NCBI GenBank assembly: GCA_041664945.1
Contig: JBAYJY010000001.1
Coordinates: 5,976 to 69,975 of the forward strand
From: a bacterium
GTDB taxonomy: Bacteria > UBP15 > UBA6099
Reading direction: 5' to 3'
DNA length: 64,000 nucleotides
Within the stretch, counting starts at the first letter, position 1, and each line of letters opens with the position of its first letter. The notes beneath the pieces are model-generated. The model did no database searches. It was not told the DNA's origin and was given only the letters and a program-made list of their open reading frames with translations. A program made the translations under genes and the position numbers. Below are positions 54,013 through 64,000 of this stretch, piece by piece.

Positions 54013-55224
54013 ATGGTGTCGAGGCTGAGTTATGAGGATTGTAAAAACATGCTTGCCGGGCGGCGGCTGCCGTGCGCGTTTGTCGATATGGACGCGTTCG
54101 ACGGGAATCTGATGAAACTGATCGGCATGATGGGCGCCTCGGATAAGACGATGCGGGTTGCGACCAAGTCGGTGCGCTCGGTGGATATGCTTAAGCGCCT
54201 ATTTGAAAAAGGCGGCGGACGCCTTAAAGGGATAATGTCGTTTACGGTTGAAGAGGCGGATTTTCTTTCGCGACAAGGTTTCGACGACCTTCTCGTGGCG
54301 TATCCGAGCGTGCAGAAAACGGATATGGATTTAATGTGCGGAATGGCGAAGCGCGGGATAGACGTTTCGATAGTTGTCGACAGCCCGGAGCATGTGCGGG
54401 CGCTTGGCGAGGCGGGACGCGAGGCGGGCATCGAGTTGCAGGCGATAATAGAGGTTGATATGAGTTATCGCCCGGCGGGCGAAGGCGCGCACATCGGAGT
54501 GCGGCGCTCGTCGATCCGGTCGGGACCGGCGGCGCTTGCCGTCGCGCGCGAGACGCAGCGGGTTGGCGGCGTTCGGGTAGCCGGCATTATGGGCTACGAG
54601 GCGCAGATCGCCGGCCTGACGGACAAAAACCCATTCACTACATCCATGAATCCGGTGAAGCGGATAATCAAACATCTTTCGAAGCCGGACGTATTGCGGA
54701 CGCGCGACGGAGTTGTCCGCTACCTGCGCAACCACGGCTTTGAGTTGCGGATAGTCAATGGGGGAGGCACAGGCAGCGTAAGCTTTACGTCGGGCGACGA
54801 GGAAGTCACCGAGGTCGCCGCCGGGTCGGGCTTCTACTGCCCGCATCTGTTCGATTATTATTCCGATCTCGATCTCGAACCGGCTGCGTTTTTCGCGCTG
54901 CAGGCGGTGAGGCAGCCTGCGCCGGGAATGGCGGCGTGCGCCGGGGGCGGCTACATAGCGTCGGGCGAGATAGGGCTCGACCGTCTTCCGGTTCCCTTTC
55001 TGCCGAAGGGGAGCGAACTGTTGAAACTCGAAGGCGCGGGCGAAGCGCAGACGCCCGTAGTTCTGAAAAAGGGAACGCATTTGCGGATCGGCGATCCGGT
55101 GATATTCCGGCACGCGAAAGCGGGCGAGTTGGCGGAGCGGTTTAATGAATTGCTGCTTGTCGAAAATAAAAAGATCGTCGGATCGGCGCTGACATACCGG
55201 GGCATGGGCATGTGTTTCTTATAA
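54013..55224 (+). CDS. alanine-racemase-fold (type III) PLP-dependent amino acid aldolase/deaminase-like enzyme
   Basis: MRVATKSVRS PLP-lysine block. TIM-barrel-like N-domain plus a beta C-domain typical of the D-serine dehydratase-like / YhfX-like group. Confidence 0.65.
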   Translation: MVSRLSYEDCKNMLAGRRLPCAFVDMDAFDGNLMKLIGMMGASDKTMRVATKSVRSVDMLKRLFEKGGGRLKGIMSFTVEEADFLSRQGFDDLLVAYPSVQKTDMDLMCGMAKRGIDVSIVVDSPEHVRALGEAGREAGIELQAIIEVDMSYRPAGEGAHIGVRRSSIRSGPAALAVARETQRVGGVRVAGIMGYEAQIAGLTDKNPFTTSMNPVKRIIKHLSKPDVLRTRDGVVRYLRNHGFELRIVNGGGTGSVSFTSGDEEVTEVAAGSGFYCPHLFDYYSDLDLEPAAFFALQAVRQPAPGMAACAGGGYIASGEIGLDRLPVPFLPKGSELLKLEGAGEAQTPVVLKKGTHLRIGDPVIFRHAKAGELAERFNELLLVENKKIVGSALTYRGMGMCFL

Positions 55225-55354
55225 TCCGAGAATCCGGAACGGGGATGCAAGCGCTCGGAGAATCGACTCCCTCTTTTGAAATGAAATAAAATGATGTAAA
55301 ATTGAACGGCTCCGGGCGGACGCGGGCGAAGCGCCGCCGGAAAAGGAATGAAGA

Positions 55355-56338
55355 ATGTCCGGATTGAGCATGGTGACAGGCGGCTGCGGATTTCTCGGCC
55401 GCGCGCTCGTCGAACGGCTTGTGAAGAAAGGCCGGAGCGTGCGCGTGTTCGACATCTGCTGCGACCGCGAGCCGGTGGAAGCCGTCGAATATGTGATGGG
55501 AGATCTGCGGGATCCCGCGGACACCGATCTCGCATGCGATGGCGTCGACACCCTGTATCACCTCGCGGCCGAACGGTTCGGGACAAATGGCGACCTCATC
55601 CGGGATGTGAATATAGACGGGACTGCGAATTTGCTGGAAAGCGCCGCGCTGACGGGAGTGAAGACGCTCGTGTTCGCTTCGTCGACGGCGGTTTATGGAA
55701 CTCCGCCGGCCGAGCTTCCATGCCCGGAAATGGCGCCGCTTGTTTCGAGCGAGCCGTTCTCTCTCTCGAAGATAGTCGGCGAGGAAATGTGTTTTTCGAT
55801 GCGCGAGCGGACGGGCATGAAGGTGACGGCGATCCGGCCTCCGACGATACTCGGTCCCGGTTTCGGCGACGAGCAGGTTCTTAAATGGATAGTGGATCGC
55901 GCGCTCAACAACCAGCCGGTTTTCATCCTCGGCGGCGGGCGTACGCGGCGCCACTATGTCGATGTGATGGATTGCGCGGACGCGCTCATTGCGGCGGCGG
56001 ACTGCGCGGAAGCGGACGGAATGAGCTTCAATGTCGGTTTTGACAAGGCGCACACGGACGAGCAGTTCACGAAGTCGGCGCTTCACGCGGCGCGCTCGTT
56101 CTCGATTTCAATACCCGTGCCGCAGACGGTGATCGAGATCGGCTTGAAAGCCGCGCGCGCGATCGGCCGCAACGATTTGTTCCCGGAAGCGAATGAAAAC
56201 ATATTTGTCGATTCATACTATGATACGAGCAGCGCTAAGGCTGTTCTCGGCTGGCGTCCTGAAAAAACCCTGCCGGTCACGCTCTATGAATTCATGCGCT
56301 GGTACAGGCGCAAGCTAATGCGCCGCGAAATGAAATGA
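55355..56338 (+). CDS. NAD-dependent epimerase/dehydratase (extended SDR)
   Basis: VTGGCGFLGRALVERL glycine motif. YxxxK-equivalent region (FSLSK). Confidence 0.85.
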   Translation: MSGLSMVTGGCGFLGRALVERLVKKGRSVRVFDICCDREPVEAVEYVMGDLRDPADTDLACDGVDTLYHLAAERFGTNGDLIRDVNIDGTANLLESAALTGVKTLVFASSTAVYGTPPAELPCPEMAPLVSSEPFSLSKIVGEEMCFSMRERTGMKVTAIRPPTILGPGFGDEQVLKWIVDRALNNQPVFILGGGRTRRHYVDVMDCADALIAAADCAEADGMSFNVGFDKAHTDEQFTKSALHAARSFSISIPVPQTVIEIGLKAARAIGRNDLFPEANENIFVDSYYDTSSAKAVLGWRPEKTLPVTLYEFMRWYRRKLMRREMK

Positions 56339-56360
56339 GCTGAACAATCTTCCAAATCGA

Positions 56361-56392
56361 AAAAAAGGGGCGGATTCAAACCGCCCCTTTTC
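56361..56392. terminator. bidirectional rho-independent terminator between the epimerase and trxA genes
   Basis: AAAAAA-GGGGCGG-loop-CCGCCCC-TTTTCC. The T-run is stronger when read on the minus strand. Confidence 0.75.
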
Positions 56393-56440
56393 CATTTGTT
56401 TGTTTTCTAAATAGCGACAAATTACTCAGGATTAAAAAAC

Positions 56441-56761
56441 TTACTTTCCGACCAGAGCGTCGAGCGCCGCAGTGATAGTTCTCTCCTGTTGAAGGCCGAC
56501 AAAACGATTCGCTTCGCGGCCGTCTTTGAAGATAATAAGAGTCGGGATTCCGGAGATTCCGAATTTTCCCGGAGTCGCCTGATTTTCATCTACGTTCATT
56601 TTCCCGATTTTCGCCTTGCCCGAGTATGCGCCGGCGATTTTGTCGACAATAGGTCCCTGAGAACGGCAGGGCCCGCACCACGCCGCCCAGAAATCAACCA
56701 GAGAAACCCCGGTTTTTATCTCTTCAGCGAAGTTTGCGTCTGTAAAAATAGTTTCTGCCAT
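56441..56761 (-). CDS. trxA: thioredoxin
   Basis: WAAWCGPC active site. About 106 aa from the MAETIF start, which follows GGGAGGG. Confidence 0.9.
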   Translation of the reverse strand: MAETIFTDANFAEEIKTGVSLVDFWAAWCGPCRSQGPIVDKIAGAYSGKAKIGKMNVDENQATPGKFGISGIPTLIIFKDGREANRFVGLQQERTITAALDALVGK

Positions 56762-56901
56762 TTTAATCCCTCCCCGATTTTTCACTTCCTCTTGTATAAC
56801 CAATCGGGCGTCCGGTTTGTTTCATGAAGCGGAAATTTATTCATGCAATGCGAAAGCGCGGCATTAAAAACGATAATAATATTGTTGCGAGTCGTGAACG
56901 C

Positions 56902-58668
56902 TTAAATCTCTCCCCCTAAAACAACGGTCGGGAAGACGTTTGTTTTATTCGCGAAGCGGACGGCGTCCTCTGGCGTTCCTCTGAAAAAATAAAATGTCCA
57001 GCTATGAACGCCGTTGGGCGGTTTGCGCATATCGAAGGAAATTGTCGGCTCGTCGAAACCGAAGCGCGGCGATACGTGAACGATGTCTGTTTTCTTGATG
57101 ATGAACAGATCGTCGTCGAGAGCGATGAGGCCGTTCGAGGCGGGGATATAAAACGACCCGGTTTCGGATTTGAAAGCGGAGGTTGGATATTTCACGTAGG
57201 CGTCTTCGAGCAAAGATGGCGAATAGATGAGGAAGTCCGTCTTGCGCGGGAAGATCAGGCGTGTGTTGTTTTTGAACCAGTTGGTTGTTTTGAATTTTAC
57301 GTCGAGTTGCGTAATGTTGTCGCTTATTTTAAAGCAAGCATGGCTTTTTTTTTCTATGTCGCCGGTAAGTTTGTAATCGACGGGGCAGGCGGTTTCGGGG
57401 CGCTTTGATTCGGCGGGCGCGGCGAGGGTGAGTTCGCCGGAAGCGATGTTGACGGTAAGGGTTTTTGTTTTGAGCAGCTCTTTAGCGCGGTTCGCGATTT
57501 TTTCGGCGAGCGCATTCGCGCCGGCCGAATTTGTCTGGCTGTATTTGATCTCTACGGGCATGGGGGTCCAGCCGGTGGAGTCGCTGACCTCCGCCTGGCA
57601 TTGCAGTCGCCAAGCTTCTGCGAGAACCGGTTCGAGATCGGCGGCGTCTTTTTCGAATCCGAAGTCGCGCAGATAATCGATTATGATCTGGGCGGCGGCA
57701 AGTTTGTGTCGCACGCGGACGTTCGCCGTGAGAATCTCATTGTCGCGCTCAAACTGCGCACGGTAGTCGCCCATCCAGCGGAAAAGACTGTCGGTGTCTT
57801 TCGGCTGCCAGTCGCCGTCGAACATAGGTTCGAGCTGAGCGGGTTTCACGCCTGCCTCTTTCAGTTCAGCCACATAGTTAGCGATCGTGCCGATTTTGTA
57901 ACCCTGCGTTTCGAGGCCTTTGAGTTCATCCTCGTATTCTTTCATCTTTTCCGGTTTGTATTTAAAATAAATCGAGTAAGGAGTCGCCCTGCCGGTGGGG
58001 AGCAGTTCAGCGTCGTCCATGTAAGACCAAGCCGTATGCACCGAGGCTTCTCCTTCGTAATCGACGCCTTTAGCGCCGATTACGACGTAAGTATTATTTA
58101 GCCTGTAGTAAGGCGCGGCATTTTTTTCGCCATGCGCGTAGCGGTAGAGATTTTTGGGCAGAACGAGCGTTTTGAAACCTTTGTCGGCCATGAAAGAGGC
58201 GAGCCCTTCGCCGAACTGGCCTTCCTGTGTAAATACGGTGGTCGACTGAATCAGGCCGTGTTTTTCGAACACCTTTTTATTTATGCGGTCGCTCCAGTCG
58301 GTGTCGAGCCGTGGGTAGGCGAGGAAAAGCTGGTCGGCGTAATGGAAGCTGACGAGGTCGATCTGGCGGCGGTTGACCAGTGTTTTGAGTTTTTCGAAAA
58401 TCGCCGGATAGCGTTTTGCGGTCTCTTCGATCATGTAGCCCTGCATCTCGACATCGACGCCCCAATCGGGATGCGCGAGGAAAAAATCGAGGACGGGATC
58501 GAGACTTTGAACGATGATTTTGTTTTCGATTTCGGTGTCGCCGGCGACATACTGAAGATTGTAGTGAAGGATGGCGAGCGCGTATTTGATATCTTTGGAT
58601 GAGGCGGGAGCGGCGAGAAAAGAGAGGGCCGCAGCGGTGAGAACGATTGCTGAAAAGAAACGTTTCAT
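56902..58668 (-). CDS. secreted protein, possibly a GH57/GH38-like carbohydrate-active enzyme
   Basis: Signal peptide MKRFFSAIVLTAAALSFLAAPASS. The N-terminal region (ILHYNLQYVAG..EMQGY..FHYADQLF) only loosely resembles the GH57/GH38 N-domain. Confidence 0.35.
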   Translation of the reverse strand: MKRFFSAIVLTAAALSFLAAPASSKDIKYALAILHYNLQYVAGDTEIENKIIVQSLDPVLDFFLAHPDWGVDVEMQGYMIEETAKRYPAIFEKLKTLVNRRQIDLVSFHYADQLFLAYPRLDTDWSDRINKKVFEKHGLIQSTTVFTQEGQFGEGLASFMADKGFKTLVLPKNLYRYAHGEKNAAPYYRLNNTYVVIGAKGVDYEGEASVHTAWSYMDDAELLPTGRATPYSIYFKYKPEKMKEYEDELKGLETQGYKIGTIANYVAELKEAGVKPAQLEPMFDGDWQPKDTDSLFRWMGDYRAQFERDNEILTANVRVRHKLAAAQIIIDYLRDFGFEKDAADLEPVLAEAWRLQCQAEVSDSTGWTPMPVEIKYSQTNSAGANALAEKIANRAKELLKTKTLTVNIASGELTLAAPAESKRPETACPVDYKLTGDIEKKSHACFKISDNITQLDVKFKTTNWFKNNTRLIFPRKTDFLIYSPSLLEDAYVKYPTSAFKSETGSFYIPASNGLIALDDDLFIIKKTDIVHVSPRFGFDEPTISFDMRKPPNGVHSWTFYFFRGTPEDAVRFANKTNVFPTVVLGGEI

Positions 58669-58808
58669 GGCATACCTCCGAGATTGCGCCGGCAACCGGG
58701 GCTGCGAAGCCCGGCGCGGGTGATTTTTATATTATCACAACGAGCGTCGAAGCGCTATAATTCCCGAATCATAACAAGCCCGCAGCCGGCGGCGAAGAGG
58801 GGAACTGC

Positions 58809-59606
58809 ATGAACTATCTGATTAAACACAAAGGGCAGAAGGGCCACATACCGGTTGTAAAACCGGGCGACGGCGGTCTTGGGTTGATTTCGTTCGACCT
58901 GTTGTTTTTTGAGCAGGGCATGGAATACGCGGAAGACACGGGCGGAAACGAAGTGTGCCTGGTGATAATCGGCGGCAAATGCTCGTTCGAGTCCGGCGGG
59001 CGGCGGTGGGAGAACGTCGGCGCGAGAGAGGATGTTTTTGCGGGCGCGGCGACGGCGCTTTTTGTGCCGCCCCAAAATTCGTTTCGCGTGGAAGCGACGG
59101 ACGCGGCTCCCGTGGAGATCGCCGTTTTGCGGTGTCCGTCCGCGGCGTCAGGCGGCCCGGTTTTCATCCCGCCGGAGAAGGTCAAGATCGCAGAACGAGG
59201 CAAAGAAAACTGGACCCGTTTCGTGCATGACATAGTCGACAAAGATGTTCCGGCGGGGACGATGCTTGTCGGCGAGACGTTCAGCCCGTCTGGCAACTGG
59301 TCGTCGGCGCCGCCTCATTGCCACGATGTTGACGATCCGCCGCGGGAGACCAACCACGAGGAAATTTATTTCTTCAAGTGCAAGCCAACGCAGGGTTTTC
59401 AGGTGATTCGGTTATACACTGACGACAATTCTCTGAACGAGACCTACACCGTCGAGAACAACGATTCGGTGATTATCACCCGGGGGTATCACCCGGTGGC
59501 GGCGGCGCCGGGCTACCGTGGTTATTATCTATGGATTCTCGCCGGCAAAGAGCGGACGATCTGCCCGCGCGACGACCCGCGGCACAAGTGGCTGAAAGAC
59601 GCCTAA
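58809..59606 (+). CDS. iolB: 5-deoxy-glucuronate isomerase (IolB/KduI cupin family)
   Basis: NHEEIYFF..GFQVIRLY..GYHPVAAAPGYRGYYLWILAG. Confidence 0.7.
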   Translation: MNYLIKHKGQKGHIPVVKPGDGGLGLISFDLLFFEQGMEYAEDTGGNEVCLVIIGGKCSFESGGRRWENVGAREDVFAGAATALFVPPQNSFRVEATDAAPVEIAVLRCPSAASGGPVFIPPEKVKIAERGKENWTRFVHDIVDKDVPAGTMLVGETFSPSGNWSSAPPHCHDVDDPPRETNHEEIYFFKCKPTQGFQVIRLYTDDNSLNETYTVENNDSVIITRGYHPVAAAPGYRGYYLWILAGKERTICPRDDPRHKWLKDA

Positions 59607-59775
59607 AGTCTCTTTCCGGCGTCCGAAACCGGATTTTCAACTAAATTTTCATCTTAATTCTATACTTGTGTTAGTTATTTTGTGTTATTATATCTTGTCA
59701 ATTGAGTAAATTGTGAGCCGGCGAGAGGCTGAGTTTAGCTTTTATTACGCCCGACCGGCGGAGCTGCGATAGGGA

Positions 59776-62016
59776 ATGGAATTATTGCATAGATTTGAAG
59801 AGAGTCTGAACGCCTATAACCGGGCGTCCGGGTTGATGGATAAGGGCCGGCTTGAAGAAGCGGAGGCGCTGCTTCAGACCGCGCTGTCGCTCTATCCGCG
59901 CGAAGCGCTGATGGACGGCGATATGGACATAGATCCGGATATAAAAGATTCCTTCGAAACGTTATTTGGAAATATTCGGGACAGACTTGAGACGATCGCG
60001 GCGCTGAAAGGCGGACCGAGACTCGGTTCTCCGTTTGTGACAAGCCTGCGGGAACTTGTCGCGCGCAACGTGGCGAAAAAGCGGGAAACACTCGCCGAAG
60101 AACCGCTGCCGGAATTCACTTCGTTTGAATCGGAGCAGGGCGAATCATCCGATCATTATTACGAGGATACAGAAAAAGAAGCTGCAATCTCCGAGCCGGA
60201 AACGCCGGCGGCGGCTGAACACGAAAAAGCCCCGGAGCATTTTGAGCCGCTCGTGGAATATAGCGAGGAAGAATTTCCTGATATTTCGGAAGTCGCGCCC
60301 GAAAAAGAAGAGTTTCCTGACATAGAGGCCGACTTCAGCGAAGCTGTCGCTGGCGCGGTAGAAAAAACAACGGCAGCCGTGAAGCATGTTATTGAGCCGG
60401 AAGTTGAAGAATCGGCGTCTGGGCGGGTGGAATTCGAAGAGTCCGCACAGTCGGACGCCGGAGCTCTTGAAGAAGCGATCGAATCCGCACTGACAATTGA
60501 AGAAGAAAAAGAGCCTGCGGCTCCCTCCGCGGAACTTGAAGAATATCAAGCCGGCAAACAAGAGGAAGAAGAGCATTCTGGAGAGCGGCAACCGCCTGTA
60601 GAGCCTGAGTTGTCGGATGAAGAGGTGATCAGGAAAGTCAGCGATCTCGCGGACCACATCGCTGATTCGCTTAGGACGACGCCGAAGGAGCAAGAGGATG
60701 ATTTCCCGGCGCCGCCTGTTGATATCCAGCTTGAGCAGCCGATCGAAGAGTCGCCCGCGCCGCCGCCAGTGGTTATCACGGAGGAGCCGCCGGCGGAAGA
60801 ACCGCCAGATGCGGAGGCAGTCGCGGAAACGCATTCCGAGCATGATGAAGAGTCCTCGGCGGCGCAACCCGAACAGTCAACTGAGGAGGAGCCGACGGAA
60901 GCCATGCCAACTGAAAAGCAGCCTGGAAAGCAAAATCCGTTCAAGACGGTCGCATCAAAAATCAGTTCCATTTTCGCAAAAAAGAAAAAAGAAAATGAAA
61001 CGCCGGCCGCCGAACCTGCGGCTGAGCCTGAGATTTTAGAACAACCGGCGGAAGCGGTTGAGCTGGTTGTTGAGCCCGAACCTGAGGAGCCGGCGCCTGA
61101 ACCGGAGCCCGCAAACGAGGAAGAGGAAGATGAAGAGGCGCTGCTCAGCGCCGACGAGATGAAGGCGCTTAAGGCGAAGTCACAGAAGAAGCCGATAATA
61201 ACGGTGGAAGCGACGGTGGATTTCTCAGGCGTCTTCGGAACGATAATAATTGTGATCATGTTCGGCGTGGGGATATACCTGTTCGCTCAGAATTATTTAT
61301 CCACTACAGCGATGGATACGGCGTATAAACGCACTGAGGAAGCCGCGAAACAAAAGATTACCGGCATGGACGAATTGTTGGCCGGCGCGCAGACCTACAA
61401 GGAATTTTTGTCCGACTCCGCCAATGTTAACGACACGATGCCGTTTATTGTCGCCGGCTGGGGGGCTTCCCTGCAAAATGATAAGAACGGCCGCGCTGAT
61501 GCGGCTGAGATGATATGGATTTTCAAAAAACAGGGTTTGAAATCGGAGTTGCTGGACGAAGAAGCGGCCGGCTCGCTGATGGCGGCGATGAATGTTCGGA
61601 TAGAAACGGGAAGGCCGGAGATTGCCTGTGAGCAGTTCAGTATGGCGGCAAACCTTCTCGCTGAAAACAGTCTGCCAGCCGCTCAACGCCGTCTCTACGG
61701 AATGAGACTCGCAAAGATCGGATATGCGTTATCGGGGAAAGAAGCGCCCAAGACGCCGAAGGACGCGAAAGCGGCGCGCGAGGTTTTGGTGAAGATGGCA
61801 GCAATGAAAGAATATCTGCCGGCAAGCGAAAACGCTGTTATACAGAGAAAAGCGCTCGGCGCCTCGGCTCAGGCGGTGTTGGAAGGCCGGACGGCGTTAA
61901 AGAACGGCGACCTTGAGCAGGCGAAATCACTGGCGGCGCAGGCACTGCGGCTGAACCCGGAATCGCGGGACGCCGCAGAGCTGATTAAAAGCATGAAAGA
62001 GGATGTGAAAAAATAA
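59776..62016 (+). CDS. very acidic Glu/Pro-rich single-pass membrane protein with TPR-like ends
   Basis: About 450 aa of E/P/A-rich low complexity (EEFPDISEV..EEFPDIEADF), one TM helix (VFGTIIIVIMFGVGIYLFAQ), and a helical C-terminal domain. Confidence 0.5.
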   Translation: MELLHRFEESLNAYNRASGLMDKGRLEEAEALLQTALSLYPREALMDGDMDIDPDIKDSFETLFGNIRDRLETIAALKGGPRLGSPFVTSLRELVARNVAKKRETLAEEPLPEFTSFESEQGESSDHYYEDTEKEAAISEPETPAAAEHEKAPEHFEPLVEYSEEEFPDISEVAPEKEEFPDIEADFSEAVAGAVEKTTAAVKHVIEPEVEESASGRVEFEESAQSDAGALEEAIESALTIEEEKEPAAPSAELEEYQAGKQEEEEHSGERQPPVEPELSDEEVIRKVSDLADHIADSLRTTPKEQEDDFPAPPVDIQLEQPIEESPAPPPVVITEEPPAEEPPDAEAVAETHSEHDEESSAAQPEQSTEEEPTEAMPTEKQPGKQNPFKTVASKISSIFAKKKKENETPAAEPAAEPEILEQPAEAVELVVEPEPEEPAPEPEPANEEEEDEEALLSADEMKALKAKSQKKPIITVEATVDFSGVFGTIIIVIMFGVGIYLFAQNYLSTTAMDTAYKRTEEAAKQKITGMDELLAGAQTYKEFLSDSANVNDTMPFIVAGWGASLQNDKNGRADAAEMIWIFKKQGLKSELLDEEAAGSLMAAMNVRIETGRPEIACEQFSMAANLLAENSLPAAQRRLYGMRLAKIGYALSGKEAPKTPKDAKAAREVLVKMAAMKEYLPASENAVIQRKALGASAQAVLEGRTALKNGDLEQAKSLAAQALRLNPESRDAAELIKSMKEDVKK

Positions 62017-62018
62017 TC

Positions 62019-62258
62019 ATGTCGGAAATAGAACAGATAATCGAAGGGACGGGCGGATACGATTACCTCATTCGTTCGATCTCTATTGTAACACTGCTTT
62101 ACGAGCGTGGAATCCTCAAAGAACTGCTGGAAGAGGGAAGGCTGAGCGAAGAGGATATTGACCTTCGCGCGTCGCTGTTGCGGCAGCGTTATCCGGAAGT
62201 CGTGCAGTCGGCGCCGGAACCCGAGGAAGAACCCGAAGAATTGGAAGAGTTTGAATAA
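62019..62258 (+). CDS. small acidic hypothetical protein
   Basis: 79-aa ORF starting 3 nt after the upstream stop, with an acidic tail PEPEEEPEELEEFE. Confidence 0.4.
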   Translation: MSEIEQIIEGTGGYDYLIRSISIVTLLYERGILKELLEEGRLSEEDIDLRASLLRQRYPEVVQSAPEPEEEPEELEEFE

Positions 62259-62341
62259 CTGAACCGCCCGCGCCCAGCGTCGGGCAGGCTCAAGAAATAG
62301 AAAAGCAAACGGCCGGAAGGCGATAAGAAAGGAGTTTTAAG

Positions 62342-63634
62342 ATGGCTCAGAGGAAGTTCATGCTTAGCGAAAAAGAGATTCCGAAAAGTTGGTACAACAT
62401 CATGCCGGATCTGCCGCGGCCGATGGACCCGCCGCTACATCCGGGGACGCGCGAGCCGATTGGACCGGATGCGTTGGCTCCGATATTCCCGATGGGGCTC
62501 ATCATGCAGGAAGTCAGCGCGGACCGCTGGATTACGATCCCGGATGAAGTGATGGACATATATTCACTGTGGCGCCCGACACCGCTGTACCGCGCGCTGA
62601 ACCTCGAAAAGGCGCTCAAAACAAACGCTAAAATTTATTACAAATATGAAGGCGTCAGCCCGGCAGGCAGCCACAAGCCGAACACCGCAGTGGCGCAAGC
62701 TTACTATAACAAAAAAGAAGGCGTAAAACGCATCTCGACCGAGACCGGCGCCGGCCAGTGGGGTTGCGCGCTCAGTTTCGCATGCAAGCTCTTCGACATC
62801 GAGTGCATGGTATACATGGTAAAAGTCAGCTTCGAGCAGAAGCCATACCGCAAGTCGCTGATACAGTCTTGGGGCGCGAAAGTTATTCCGAGCCCAAGCA
62901 CGACTACGAACGCCGGGCGGGCTGTTCTCGCCAAGGATCCGGACTCGACAGGAAGCCTCGGCATCGCGATAAGCGAGGCAGTGGAAGACGCGGTCGGCCG
63001 CGAGGACACGAAGTACGCGCTCGGAAGCGTTCTGAACCACGTGTGTTTGCACCAGACGGTGATCGGACAGGAATGCCAGGCGCAGTTCGCGCTGACCGGC
63101 GACTATCCGGACATCGTTGTCGGCTGCCACGGCGGCGGAAGCAACTTCGCCGGCCTGACCTTCCCGTTCGTTCGCGAAAAGATGGAAGGAAAGAATATCA
63201 GGTTAATCGCGGCGGAACCGAAATCATGTCCGTCGCTTACAGAGGGCAAATACGAATATGATATTGGCGATGTGGCCGGTTTCACGCCGCTGATGAGGAT
63301 GTACACACTCGGCCACGATTTCGTGCCGCCGTCCATTCACGCCGGTGGACTGCGCTATCACGGCGCTTCGCCGCTCGTCAGCCTTCTATTGAATGAGGGG
63401 TTGATTGAAGCGGTCGCGTACGAACAGAAAACCATATTCGAATCCGCCGTGCTATTCGCGAGAACTGAAGGAATTGTCCCGGCGCCGGAATCGGCGCATG
63501 CGATCCACGGCGCGATCGCCGAAGCGCTAAAGTGCAACGAGAGCGGGGACTCGAAAACGATTCTGTTCGGGCTGAGCGGCCACGGACATTTCGACATGGG
63601 TTCCTATGACGCGTTTTTTGAAGGGAAAATGTAA
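62342..63634 (+). CDS. trpB: TrpB-like PLP-dependent enzyme (tryptophan synthase beta chain 2, TrpB2)
   Basis: The long N-terminal extension ([24 protein letters not shown]) is typical of TrpB2. [14 protein letters not shown]-lysine block, [29 protein letters not shown]. Confidence 0.9.
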   Translation: MAQRKFMLSEKEIPKSWYNIMPDLPRPMDPPLHPGTREPIGPDALAPIFPMGLIMQEVSADRWITIPDEVMDIYSLWRPTPLYRALNLEKALKTNAKIYYKYEGVSPAGSHKPNTAVAQAYYNKKEGVKRISTETGAGQWGCALSFACKLFDIECMVYMVKVSFEQKPYRKSLIQSWGAKVIPSPSTTTNAGRAVLAKDPDSTGSLGIAISEAVEDAVGREDTKYALGSVLNHVCLHQTVIGQECQAQFALTGDYPDIVVGCHGGGSNFAGLTFPFVREKMEGKNIRLIAAEPKSCPSLTEGKYEYDIGDVAGFTPLMRMYTLGHDFVPPSIHAGGLRYHGASPLVSLLLNEGLIEAVAYEQKTIFESAVLFARTEGIVPAPESAHAIHGAIAEALKCNESGDSKTILFGLSGHGHFDMGSYDAFFEGKM

Positions 63635-63773
63635 CCGGGTCGGCGGTCCGCCGCGAATGGCGCCGCGGACTTGATTTTGCAGTCCGATTCGTTCAAAATT
63701 TTTTGAAGAGCGCCCGGACAAACCGTCCGGGCGCCGCAAACCGTGTGGCTTCGTCACCGAAGGCGTCGCAGTT

Positions 63774-64000
63774 ATGAACGTGCTCGTTCTAAACGCAAGC
63801 TATGAAGTGTTGAACATCACGGGATGGCAGCGGGCCATCTGCCTGATATTTTCGGGCAAGGCGGAAGTGCTCGAAGAAAGCGACCGTGTCGTATGTTCGA
63901 CTTCTTTGGAATTTCCAATGCCTTCCGTCATAAGGATGAATTACTACATTAAGAAACCGCGACTGAGCGTTCCCTTCTCGCGAAACAATATTTTCATGAG
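63774..64000 (+). CDS. HNH endonuclease family protein, 5' part (continues past the right edge)
   Basis: The N-terminus MNVLVLNASYEVLNITGWQRAICLIFSGKAEVLEE is typical of small stand-alone HNH proteins. The HNH motif itself lies outside the window. Confidence 0.6.
   Translation, partial: MNVLVLNASYEVLNITGWQRAICLIFSGKAEVLEESDRVVCSTSLEFPMPSVIRMNYYIKKPRLSVPFSRNNIFM

Noticed and set aside
60100-61200. Periodic GAA/CCG-rich DNA that might suggest a repeat array or CRISPR
   Set aside because: It is continuous coding sequence for an E/P-rich low-complexity protein. There are no identical direct repeats with unique spacers.

Overview
This is a GC-rich 64 kb chromosomal segment from what looks like an uncultivated bacterium. 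The bacterial assignment rests on hrcA-dnaJ, phoH-pgpH-ybeY-dgkA, polA, glpABC, folP and mltG. About 55 tightly packed protein genes lie on both strands. I found no rRNA, tRNA, CRISPR array, transposase or integrase. Most of the window is housekeeping or central metabolism (pgi, glpX, PFK, ugd, glpABC, Fe-ADH, thioredoxin). Five things stand out. (1) A left-edge, 3'-truncated minus-strand gene, absent from the supplied ORF track, encodes an O-phosphoseryl-tRNA synthetase (SepRS) catalytic core fused to an N-terminal archaeal-ThrRS-type editing domain. (2) An orphan flagellin has its N-terminal D1 region interrupted by a ~250-aa von Willebrand factor A-like domain, and it sits behind a sigma-28-like promoter and a long structured leader. 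(3) One cluster combines a Tat-signal DUF362 protein, a NapH-like membrane polyferredoxin with an extra C-terminal domain, a soluble Cys-rich (two-CW-like) histidine kinase and a sigma-54 response regulator. (4) A mltG / radical-SAM / folP / C4C4 zinc-finger mini-protein operon, an M6-peptidase-like secreted protein that has lost its HExxH motif, a 1063-aa outer-membrane protein operon, and a stand-alone TrpB2. (5) A small palindromic repeat family has an inverted pair that brackets rsmE. All calls come from by-eye motif recognition and remembered family consensus; no searches were run.
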